Assembly (NCBI RefSeq): GCF_036321535.1
Contig: NC_087436.1
Span: 46,316,001-46,380,000 of the forward strand
Direction: 5' to 3'
Length of the DNA stretch: 64,000 nt
Origin: Camelus dromedarius
Taxonomy: Eukaryota
Position 1 is the stretch's first letter; each line of letters starts with the position of its first letter. Both the position numbers and the translations under genes were made by a program. Shown piece by piece: positions 1 through 11,900 of this stretch. The notes beneath the pieces were generated by a model that searched no databases, was not told the DNA's origin, and worked only from the letters and a program-made list of their open reading frames with translations.

Positions 1-667
1 TACAGTTTAGTTTCTTTTGCCCTTGAAACAAGAAGAGCTGCAGTACTTTGAAACATTATTAAACTGTGCACTGATTTGAGTTTATATTACATTCTAATGT
101 CATTATTGTGTTTGTTTTTACTGTCAGTACAGGACATGGTGATATGGCGATGAAATATTCTTGAATTCTTGTCGCAAATCAGAGCAGATCAAGCTAGGGA
201 GTTTTGTTCTACCTTCTTGTTTCCAGAGATAAACTTAAGATATGAATCTTACTGTTTGCAAATATGTTCTGATTCCTTGAAAGAATCGACTTAAAAGAAG
301 GTGTATACAAAATGAAGTAAATTGGCCTCTAATGAGTCAATTTGTCTTGTTTTAGAAAGGATGTCAGAATTTATCAAGAAAGTATGTTTTTCATTTGTGT
401 GCTTTACGTTTCTTGTTTACCACAAGACTTATGAAAAAATTCTAGATTTTTTGACCTCTTCATTTCAATTAGCAAAATAATGAAACTTTTCTGCATGCAC
501 ATTTTCTTCCTAAAAAAGAATACTATAGCATGACAAAACATAAATGATCTCATTACAGAGCTTGGTGAATGAGAAGAAGACTTTGTGTTGGAAAATGAAT
601 TGGAGTTATTATGTGAATTTCTTCCCACCATTTTGTTTCCTTCAAAAGAGGAACCATTAATAGGTAG

Positions 668-1071
668 TATCCACTGGGGAAAAAACGCATAACCTAACAA
701 TTGAGAGTTATGTTTTATTTGGAGACCTTACTGAGACTGTAGCCTGAAATACAGCCTCTCAGTTAGCACTGAGAGACTGTTCTAAAGAGGTAAGGGAGGA
801 GCCAGGATATACAGGAAATTTTGCTGAAAAAAACATGTAGTCAAACATCAAAAAGATTACTGCTAATCACAAGTTAATGATTTTAGTGCTTTTCTATGTG
901 TGGGAAAATGCAAAAGTCTGAACTCATTGAAATTATTCCTTTGATATGCATCTTAACTATCTAGGTCCAGTGTCCTGTTTTTCTCCATCCTGAATTCCTC
1001 TCAGGGCAGACTGTCCAAGGGCGGCTGCAGTGGCTGATGGCTTGATAGTGGGCAACATTTTTTTGTCCACA
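668..1071 (-). mobile_element. ERV1-class solo LTR (MER41-like, laurasiatherian type)
   Basis: About 400 bp, flanked by a 4-bp direct repeat GTAG (664-667 and 1072-1075). Termini are TA(degenerate TG)...CA. TTTATT near the left end gives AATAAA on the minus strand. Internal motifs such as 'ttgagagttatgttttattt', 'tgcttttctatgtgtgggaaaatgcaa' and 'attattcctttgatatgcatc' resemble artiodactyl MER41-type LTRs (family from memory). Confidence 0.7.
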
Positions 1072-2310
1072 GTAGTATTTTTTTAAGTCACAAATATTGC
1101 TTACTTTATCATCTTACCAAAGAAATGGCACAAGTAGTTTTTTTGAACAAAGGTTATGTTCAGTTACTCATTCTTTCTATGTTTAGATCTACTATCAATT
1201 GCAATTTTCATCTTATCAGCCCTCTGGGGCTTCAAAAGTGGGACAACTGTCACTTGTTTCCTACCAAAGCTGTTCCATCTCCAGTTAACTCTTTAATGGA
1301 CATTGATTACTGATTCCAAGTGCTGAAAATTGATAATGATGACAACAATAACAATGATGAAGTACCTTTTCTAACAACTACTAACGTTCTCAACCAGTGA
1401 TCATGGGCACAAAAACCATAGGATTAATAATTTCATAGTGAAATGAAATGAAATATTGAGTTTTATACTCCAGAAACACTTTGTTTAAGAAGATGTATTG
1501 AAATTGCCTATTTTAGTCTCAATTTTTTTGAAGATTCATTCAAGGCAGCTTCAGACTGAGCATGAAAATATACCCATTGAAAGAAATTGGATGTTCAGCA
1601 CCCTGCCAGCTGTACTTAGCCCAAAGTTCCTCTAATTTAGAAGTGTTACTTCCTGAGAAAGCTATTTTTCCTTTCACTGGGGATAAATCTGTGTATTGAA
1701 TGGCCTACCTAGATTACAGCAACTGACTTGAAAAAAATCTTTGTAATCATCAGTGATGTCATATCATGATTTTTCCCCCTAAGGGATAGCAATTTGCTAC
1801 CTGCTTTCCTTCCACATATGCTTTGTAGGAATAAAGTTTAAGTTTAAACATCCCTTTGAAAGCTGTTAGGAAACAGTTTCCTATCTGCAGACATAGGTTC
1901 TGTTGGAAAAGTAGAGTCCTGTTAGGTGGAATTACATGTCAGAATACTTCTGTTTGATTTCTTCTTCTTGTTATTCTAGGGGGAAAAAAAGAATTTTCTT
2001 TGTTTTTAAAAATTCTGTAAATATTAAGCAAACATGATAAACAAATAGGCTACTTCAAGCTTTCAGGACACTCAGCCAAGTATCAAACACAGTTAAATGT
2101 ATTTATCGGGAAATTTCCAATTATAATAAAAGCGAGAATAAAAATAATGTTTTTAATCTTTTGATATGTTTTTCTGTTCAAAGAAGAGAATGAATTAATA
2201 GAACTGAAATATTTGGCTATAAAAATCTGTGTTTTGCTTGTTTGATTTTGAGCATGATTCTTCCTCTTCAGAAATTAGAACAATTCAAGTTGATAAAGAC
2301 CATTTTGCTC

Positions 2311-2733
2311 ATGACTGAAAACTTCCCAAACTTAAAGAAGGAATCAAATATCCAAGTACAGGAAGCTTAGAGGGTCCCAAATAGGAAGAACCCAAATAGA
2401 CCCACACCAAGACATATCATAATCAAGATGGCCAGAGTCAAGGATAAAGAAATGATTCTAAAGGCAGCAAGAGAAAAGCAAAGAGTAAGTTACAAGGGAA
2501 CCCCTATAAGGCTCTCAGCTGATTTCTCTACACAAACACTACAGGCCAGAAGGGAGTGGCAAGATATATTCAAAGCCCTGAATGAAAAAAAGATGCAGCC
2601 TAGGATCCTTTATCCAGCAAGGCTATCCTTGAGGATAGAAGGAGAAATAAAGAGTTTCACAGACAAAAAAAAGCTGCAGGAGTTTAGCAACACTAAACCC
2701 ATGCTAAAAGAAATATTGAAAGGGCTATTCTAA
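2311..2733 (+). pseudogene. L1 ORF1p C-terminal fragment (RRM/CTD part), 5'-truncated, with an in-frame stop
   Basis: Reads MTENFPNL...QVQEA*RVP...PTPRHIIIK...ILKAAREK...PIRLSADFS..TLQARREW...RILYPARLS, which are classic ORF1p motifs. In-frame TAG at 2368-2370. Confidence 0.95.
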
Positions 2734-3136
2734 ATAGAAAAGCAGCAGGATGCTACAGAAATGAGAAATACACAACTGGAAAGGTGGTAACTCATGAATT
2801 ACAAATAAAGTAAACATGAAATTATAAAAGAAGACATACAAATTACTGAGAGTGGGAGAGGGAGGCAGGGAAATATAGAATATTTTTTCTTTCTTTTTTA
2901 AATTTTTTTAACAGTAGGATGGGTTTGAGATCATGTTACTATCAGTTTAATAAAAACAGTTATAGTAATGGGTTGGTAGATTTACAAAAAAGGGTAACCA
3001 CAAGCCAAAAATTTACAAAGGAGTCACAAAAATTAAATAAAATCCATGATAATACAAAGGAAAATTACCAAACCACAAAAGGAAGAAGAAAGGAACAAAG
3101 AGGATATACCAATTCAACTGCAAAGATAAGTTCAAA

Positions 3137-6100
3137 ATGGCAATGAACACACATCTATCATTAATTACTGTAAATGTTAATGGACTAAATGCTCCAGTCA
3201 AAAGACACAGAGTGGCAGACTGGATAATAAAGCAAGAACCTTCAATATGCTGCATACAAGAGACCCACTTTAGGGAGAAGGACACATATAGATTGAGAGT
3301 GAAAGGATGGAAAAGGATATTCCATGCAAATGGAAAAGCCAAAAAAGCAGGTGTTGCAGTACTGATTTCAGACAAAATAGACTTTAAAACAAAGGCCATA
3401 AAGAAAGATAAAGAAGGAGATTTTATAATGATTAAAGGAGTGATACAAGATGAGGATATTACACTCGTTAATATATATGCACCCAATATAGGAGCACCTA
3501 AGTACATACAAGAATTACTAACAGAGATAAAGGGGGATATTGATGGGAATACAATCATAGTTGGAGATTTTAACACTGCATTAACATCACTAGACAGATC
3601 TTCCAGACAGAAAATAAACAAGGCAACAGAGAAATTAAATACTACAATAGAAAAACTAGATTTGGTGGATATTTTCAGAGCATTACACCCCCCAAAAATA
3701 GGATATACATTCTTTTCAAGTGCACATGGAACATTTTCCAGGATCGATCATGTACTTGGGCACAAAAGAAACCTCAACAATTTTAAGAAGATAGAAATTA
3801 TCTCAAGCATCTTTACTGACCACAATGCCATGAAACTGGAAATCAACAACAGAGAAACAAAGGAGAAAAAAAGGAAAGCATGGAGATTAAACAATATGTT
3901 ATTGAAAAAACAATGGATCAATGAGGAAATCAAAGCTGAAATTAAAAAATACCTTGAGACAAATGATAATGAAAGCACAACCACTCAAAACCTATGGGAC
4001 ACAGCAAAGGCAGTGCTAAGAGGGAAGTTTATAGCAATAGAGGCCTTCCTCAAAAAAGAAGAACAATCTCAAATAAACAATTTAACCCACCACCTGAATG
4101 AATTAGAAAAAGAAGAACAAAAAGCCCCAAAAAGCAGCAGAAGGAAGGAAATAATAAAGATCAGAGAGGAATTAAATACAATAGAGATTAACAAGACCAT
4201 AGAAAAACTCAACCAAACCAAAAGCTGGTTTTTTGAAAAAGTAAATAAAATCGACAAACCTCTGGCCAAACTCACAAAGAAGAAAAAAGAGAGAGCACAA
4301 ATTAGCAAAATAAGAAAGGAAAATGGAGAAATTACAACAAACAAAATAGAAATACAGAATATCATACGAGAATATTACGAAAAACTATATGGAACCAAAC
4401 TGGATAACCTAGAGGAGATGGACAAGTTTCTGGAAACATACTGTCCACCAAAACTGAATCAAGAAGAATCTGAACACTTGAACAATCCGATCACTAGAAA
4501 GGAAATAGAAATAGCAATTAAAAACCTCCGTACAAATAAAAGTCCAGGACCGGACGGCTTCACCAGGGAATTCTACCAAACATACAAAGAAGAACTCATA
4601 CCAGTCCTTCTCAAAATCTTCCAGATGATTGAAAAGGAGGAAATACACCCAAACTCATTCTATGAAGCCACCATCACCCTGATACCAAAGCCAGGCAAAG
4701 ACACTACAAAAAAAGAGAATTATAGGCCAATATCACTGATGAACATAGACGCCAAAATCCTCACCAAAATTTTAGCAAATAGAATCCAACAACACATAAA
4801 AAAGATTATACATCATGACCAAGTGGGGTTCATCCTGGGGACACAAGGCTGGTTCAACATACGCAAATCAATCAGTGTAATACATCACATCAACAAGAGA
4901 AAGGACAAAAACCTCATGATCATCTCAATTGATGCAAAAAAAGCATTTGATAAAATTCAACACCCATTTATGATAAAAACTCTCGCCAAAGTGGGTATAG
5001 AGGGAACATATCTCAACATAATAAAAGCTATATATGACAAACCTACAGCCAGCATAGTACTCAATGGTGAAAAACTCAAAAGCTTCCCACTAAAATCTGG
5101 GACAAGACAAGGATGCCCACTATCACCACTCCTATTCAACATAGTCCTGGAAGTCCTAGCCACAGCAGTCAGGCAAGAGAAAGAAATAAAAGGGATCCAA
5201 ATTGGAAAAGAAGAGGTAAAAGTGTCATTATATGCTGATGACATGTTACTATATATAGAAAACCCTAAAAGGTCCACACAAAAGCTACTAGAGCTGATTG
5301 AAGAATTCAGCAAGGTAGCAGGTTACAAAATTAAAGTTCAAAAATCAGTTGCATTTCTTTACACTAACGATAAATCAACAGAAGAAGAAAGTAAAGAAAC
5401 AATCCCCTTTAAAATAGCACCCAAAGTAATAAAATATCTGGGAATAAATCTAACCAAGGAGGTGAAAGAATTATACACAGAAAACTATAAACCATTGATG
5501 AAGGAAATTAAAGAAGACTTTAAAAAATGGAAAGATATTCCATGCTCTTGGATTGGAAGAGTCAATATTGTTAAAATGGTCACACTGCCCAAGGCAATCT
5601 ACAGATTTAATGCAATCCCTATCCAATTACCCAGGACATATTTCACAGAACTAGAAAAAATCATAATAAAATTCATATGGAACCATCAAAGACCTAGAAT
5701 TGCCAAAGCATTACTGAAGAGAAAGAAAGAGGCTGGAGGAATAACTCTCCCAGACTTCAGACAATACTATAGAGCTACAGTCATCAAGACAGCATGGTAT
5801 TGGTACCAAAACAGACATATAGACCAATGGAACAGAATAAAGAGGCCAGAAATGAACCCACAAACTTTTGGTCAACTCATCTTTGACAAAGGAGGCAAGA
5901 ATATACATTGGAATTAAGACAGTCTCTTCAGCAAATGGTGTTGGGAAAACTGGACAGCAGCATGTAAAACAATGAAGCTAGAACACTCCCTTACACCATA
6001 TACAAAAATCAACTCAAAATGGATTAAAGACTTAAACATAAGACAAGATACAATAAACCTCCTAGAGGAAAACATAGGCAAAACATTATCTGACATACAT

Positions 6101-6934
6101 CTCAAAAATTTTCTCCTAGAAGAAATAAAAGCAAGAATAAACAAATGGGACCTAATGAAACTTACAAGCTTCTGCACAGCAAAGGAAACCAGAAATAAAA
6201 CAAGAAGAAAACCTACGGAATGGGAGAAAATTTTTGCAAGTGAAACCGACAAAGGCTTGATCTCCAGAATATGTAAGCAGCTCATACGACTCAATAAGAG
6301 AAAAATAAACAACCCAATCCAAAAATGGGCAGAAGACCTAAACAAGCAATTCTCCAAGGAAGACATACAAATGATCAAAAAGCACATGAAAAAATGCTCC
6401 ATATCACTAATTATCAGAGAAATGCAAATCAAAACTACAATGAGGTATCACCTCACACCAGTCAGAATGGCCGTCATTCAAAAATCCACAAATGACAAAT
6501 GATGGAGAGGCTGTGGAGAAAGGGGAACCCTCCTACATTGCTGGTGGGAATGCAGTTTGGTGCAGCCACTATGGAAAACAGTGTGGAGATTCCTCAAAAG
6601 ACTAGGAATAGACTTACCATATGACCCAGGAATCCCGCTCCTGGGCTTGTATCCAGAAGGAAATCTACTTCAGGATGACACCTGCACCCCAATGTTCATA
6701 GCAGCACTATTTACAATAGCCAAAACATGGAAACAGCCTAAATGTCCATCAACAGGTGACTGGATAAAGAAGAGGTGGTATATTTATACAATGGAATACT
6801 ACTCAGCCATAAAAACCAACAACATAATGCCATTTGCAGCAACATGGATGCTCCTGGAGAATGTCATTCTAAGTGAAGTAAGCCAGAAAGAGAAAGAAAA
6901 ATACCATATGAGATCGCTCATATGTGGAATCTAA
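3137..6934 (+). pseudogene. L1 ORF2p (APE endonuclease, reverse transcriptase, Cys-rich C-terminus) disrupted by two nonsense codons
   Basis: ORFs 3137-5917, 5972-6502 and 6557-6934 are in the same frame, separated by TAA (5915-5917) and TGA (6500-6502). Motifs present: [51 protein letters not shown] (YADD 5231-5242), KYLGI, and [17 protein letters not shown]. Confidence 0.97.
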
Positions 6935-9011
6935 AAAACAAAAACAAACAAACAAACAAAAACAAAGCATAAATAAAGGACAGAAATAGACTCACAGACA
7001 GAGAATACAGACTTGTGGTTACCAGGAGGGTGGAGGGTGGGAAGGGATAGACTGGGATTTCAAAATTGTAGAATAGACTACACTGTATAGCACAGGGAAA
7101 TATACACAAAATATTATGATAACTCACAGAGAAAAAAATGTGACAATGAGTGTGTATATGTCCATGAATAACTGAAAAATTGTGCTGAACACTGGAATTT
7201 GACACAACATTGTAAAATGATTATAAATCAATAAAAAATGTTAAAAAAAAGACCATTTTGCAATTATTGTTGAGTATCTGCTGTAGAAGGGAAACCTGAT
7301 TACTTTTCAAATGTTAACATACCTTTTTTTTTTTTTTTTAAAAGGTATGATAACCATTTATTCTCTACCAGCAATACAAGATTAGACTCTGGAAAGAAAA
7401 TAAAGAAAACATTTCAGTTTTTTGAAGTTTTTCTTTGTGAGTTTATGTGATTTTTCTCTTTAAAAAATTTTAGAATAGAAAAATAAAATGAATGTATCAT
7501 TAAGGAAAGGTTGTAGCTGGAACAGAAAATTTCACAAAATCATATATTTTAGACTTTTATTTTAGAGAATGATTATAGCTAATAATGTCTAGCCTCCACT
7601 GAGTACTTCGCCCACATAATTGCATGGTGTAATTTAACATTACATTTTAGGACATTAATTAAAACCTTCAATTTAAGTCAGGATAAAATGCTAAGAAATA
7701 TATGGGAGATGGGAGTGGGAGTGGAATCTGAGTAACTATCTTGCTGCATAAAATTAAACACTGATTAAATCAGGAGCAGAGACTATAAAAAAGAAAAATA
7801 CCATCTTGCCCAAAGTAAAATGCTGATCCGATAAGTTTTAAAGTCAATGTCAATGCCTGAAACAGCATGATAAAAATGATCATAGAACGTGTTTTCCCTC
7901 TTGTATGTCTAGTTTTGCATTTTGTGAATTTCTTTTTCTTCATGTATCAAGCATATTCTGAATTTTTAATGTAAAGTTATCAGTGTAAACTCTGGGACTG
8001 GGGAGAGTGTGTTGAAGCAGCATGTAGATGTTATATATTGGTCCTTCAACTTGTATAAACTTACCTTGCTGTTTGTTTGCCTTTGTGTGTCAGAGGCCAT
8101 GAGCAAGGATCAGGAGATGCAGGGGGTTGAAAATGAAGAAGTCCTAGGGAGACAGAAGTAATCCATGATGGCTTTAGGGCCCAGGCCCATATCCAAGAAC
8201 AACAGCTGGCCCCATCAAATGCTTTAGAATAATTATAAATATATCATGGTTCTCTACACAAATGTGGAAATAATTTCAGTTTTCAATTTCAATGTCATCA
8301 ACAGAATATTTTTTCTTTGTAATTGTGAAATGCTTTATTTCTTAATCTTTGGCCCCCAAGTAAACATCTTACTATATACATATTTTGTTAGGGAGAAGTT
8401 TGATATACTTTATTGTCTGTATTTCCATATACTTATTGATTTACATGAGCCCTGTTTTTGCCCGTAATTTAATCATAGCAGCTTAATCATTTATTCATCC
8501 ATTCAACAAACTTTATTAATATGGACTAGGAACTTATTTGTTGGCTTAATATAGATCATATTGTGAAAATAATGAAAAATGAGTTTTCACTTAGAAGGAC
8601 ACAATTTATAGACTGATATGATTTTGCTGTGTTAAGCAAAAATCTCTAGATTTAAACTTAAAGGAAAATGTCTATGGTTTGAGGCAGTAAATCTGGTATC
8701 ACTAACATTGGATCCTTATTTTTCTAGCTTCTGTTCCTTTTATGAGGAGGGAAGACATCTTATTAAAGTTCTCGTTAACAGAGAAAAGTTAGACACCTCG
8801 CACATCAGTCGTTATACTCTGCTCTGCCTTTGAAAGTTGTCAAATAAATATCATTGGAATCTCTGAGAAGAAGTTTTATGGCCTCTAAATAGTGGGCTTA
8901 ATTATAAGAATATTTGCTTTCTCTTTCATTGACTTAGAGAGTCTGCAATGCTAATTGCAGATAACTATCTTCGTCACTTGAGGATGATGAACGTTCATAG
9001 TGATGGACAGC

Positions 9012-11900
9012 TCAACGTGCTGTTGTTGGATAAAATAGACATCCATAGATGTCAATTATATGAAGCTGATTGATGGCGCTGTTAAATTCAGCTGTGTCCT
9101 TACTGATTTTTTTCCTGCTGGATCTATCCATTTTAAAAGAAGGGGTGTTGAAATCTCCAATTATAATAGCGGATTCATCTATTTCTCCTTGCAGCTCTAT
9201 CAATTTTTGCCTCACACGATTTGATACTCTTTTGTTATGTGCAAGGGTTGTTATGTCTTCTTGGAGTATTTACCCCTTTATCATTGTGTAATGCACCTCC
9301 TTATCCCGGGTAACTTTCCTTGCTCTGAAGCCTGCTCTGTCTGAAATTAATACGGTTACTCCAACTTTCTTTTGATTAGTGTTAGCAAGGTATATCTTTC
9401 TCCATCCACTTATTTTTAATCTATGTACCTTTTTATTAAAAGTGGGTTTCTTATAGATAACATGTAGTTGAGCCTTGTTTTATGATTATAGGTGTTTACG
9501 TAACTGAAATTTGATGTGAGTATTGATATAGTTGGATTCATATCTACCATATTTGCTACTGTTTTAGATGTGTTGTGCTTGTTTTTTGCTCTTATTTTTA
9601 TCATCTGTGCTTTTTCTGCTTCTTAGGTGTCAATTGAGCTTTTGTATGATTATATTTTCTCTCCTTTCTTAGCATATTAATTATAGTTCTTTTTTTTACT
9701 TCTTTTTTAGTAGTTGCCCTAGAGTTCACAATATACATTCATAACTAATCCAAATCTTCCTTCAAAGAGCACTTTACTGTTTCATGAGTAGTATAAATAC
9801 TTCATATTAACAGAATAATCTTAATTCCTTTCTTCCATACCTTGTATCTTTGTTGTCACTCAATTCAATTATACATAAACATATATAATGTCCATATGTA
9901 CATAATCATACATACTTGAACATATTGTAGTCATTATTTTTAAACAAGCTGCTATCTGTTAGATCAATTAAGCATAAGAAAAATAAAAGTTTTAATTGTA
10001 CCTGCACTTATTCCTTCTCTGATGCTCTTCCTTTTTTATTGTAGACCCGAATTTCTGAAATATTTAATTTTCCTTCTCTCTGTAGAACTTATTTTACCAT
10101 TTCTTGCAAGACAGGTCTATTGGCGACAAATTTCCTCAATTTTTTTTTCTGAGATAGTCTTTATTTCTCTATCACTTTTGAAGGATAATTTCACAGAGTA
10201 TAGAATTCTATATACTATATCACTATATCACATCTATATACTATATACTATAACACATTGCATCCTATTGTAGTTGGTGGGTCAATTCAGTCTTGAAGCA
10301 TAATTTCAAAGGGTACAAAATTCTCCACACTGTAAGTATTTCACTCTACTTTCTTCTTTCTTGCATGGTTTCTGAGGAGAAGCTGGATATAATTTTTGTC
10401 ATTGTTCCTCTATAGATACGGTGTTTTCCTCACCCGTACCCTTGGCTTTTTCAAGATTTCTTTTAATCTTTGATTTTCCAAAGTTTGAAAATGATATGCC
10501 TAGGTGTAGATCTTTTGATCATTTATCTTTTTCGTGTTCTCTGAGCTTCCTGGATCTGTGGTTTGGTGTCTGACTTTAACTTGAGGAAATGCTCCATTGT
10601 TATTACTTTAAATATTGCTTCTTTTCCTTTTCCTTCTAATATTCCCATTAGACATGTGTTACACTTTTTGTAATTACCACTTAGTTCTTGGATATTTTGT
10701 TCTTTCTTTAAAAAAGAAAACTTTTCTTGCTTTGCTTTTCAGTTTTAGAAATTCTATTGTCGTATTCTCAAGCTCAGGAAATTCTTTTCCTCAGCCATGT
10801 CCAGTCTACTATTGAGCCTTTCAAAGGCATTCTTCATTTCTGTTACAGTGTTTTTGAACTCTAGCACTTCCTTTTGATTCTTGCTTAGAATTTCCATCTC
10901 TCTGCTTGCATTATCTGTCTATTTTTGCATGTTGTGTACTTTTTCTATTAAAGTCCTTAGCATATTAGTCATAGTTAAAAAAAAAAATTCCTGGCCTGAT
11001 AATTCTAACATCCCTGCCATATCTGATTCTGGTTCTGATGCTTGTTTATTCTCGTCAAGCTGTATTTTTTGCCTTTTAGTATGCCTTGTAATTTTTTGTT
11101 GGAATGTGGACATGATGTATTGGGGAAAAGGAAGTGTGGCAAATAGAACTTTAGGAATATGGCAGTAAGATGTAGGGGGAGGGAAAGCATTCTGTAGTCC
11201 TATGATTAGATCTCAGTCTTCTGGTGAGCCTCTGCCCCTGAACTGTCAATTCACCAGAGATTGTCTGTTTTTCTTCCCCCGCTGTTAGATAGGAGAGGAT
11301 GGCTAGATGGGGCTGGAGTTGGGGATTTTCCTTCCTCTGCATTAGTTAGTCTCTGATGTAGCCCCAACAAATTTTGCTGTAGTAAGATTATTTCTTCTGA
11401 GGACAGACCTTATTAAGAAGAACAGAATGCTCTGGCATATTTCAAAATGGTTCCTTTTCCTCTCCCACTGCTAGAAGCATGAGAGGATTTTTCTCCAATA
11501 CTCACCGTAAGGACCTGGTAGAACTCCTGGAGATAAAACTCACAGAAGTGAGTGGGTGTCCATGTGACTGAGTCCCCGTGGACTTTTTAACTCTCAGACT
11601 TGTCCACCCCAAGCCTCCAGCAATCCATCAATTTTACTTTAGAATTCCCTACCTTGGCACTAGTTCTGGTGGTGGTTTCCACTTGTGGGTTTCTGCTCTA
11701 GTAAATTGTGAAAGTTGTGATGCTCTGTTATCTACCTGTCTCTCCAATTTGGTGGTAGCAGTTTTTCCTGTGACCTCACTTCTCTGAAAGATTTTTAAAG
11801 AGTTACTGATTTTTCAATTTGTTTAAAGCTTTTTACTTCTTTTTGAGACAGGGTAGTAACTGCTAAGCCTTTTTATATGCTGAACTGGAAACTGGAAGTT
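9012..11900 (-). mobile_element. Ancient L1 (L1M-class) 5' portion: decayed endonuclease start, ORF1 and 5'UTR region
   Basis: Minus ORF 9012-9215 reads MRQKLIELQGEIDESAIIIGDFNTP...DRSSRKKISKD...NQLHIIDIY, i.e. L1 endonuclease. 10919-11113 resembles old ORF1 N-terminal text. Many stops and frameshifts. Confidence 0.85.

Larger units (their letters stand above)
2309..7247 (+). mobile_element. Young 5'-truncated LINE-1 (3' part of ORF1, long inter-ORF spacer, full-length ORF2, 3'UTR, short A tail)
   Basis: Perfect 14-bp TSD AAAGACCATTTTGC at 2295-2308 and 7248-7261. Clear ORF1p and ORF2p homology. AATAAA at 7230-7235 followed by a short A-rich tail. Confidence 0.98.

Noticed and set aside
3013..6432. 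Long minus-strand ORFs (202, 118 and 172 aa, etc.) with hydrophobic translations
   Set aside because: These are antisense shadows of the A-rich L1 ORF2, a well-known artefact.
8095..8165. Possible plus-strand exon reading AMSKDQEMQGVENEEVLGRQK
   Set aside because: The donor (GTAATC) is weak, there is no recognisable protein match, and no partner exons were found.
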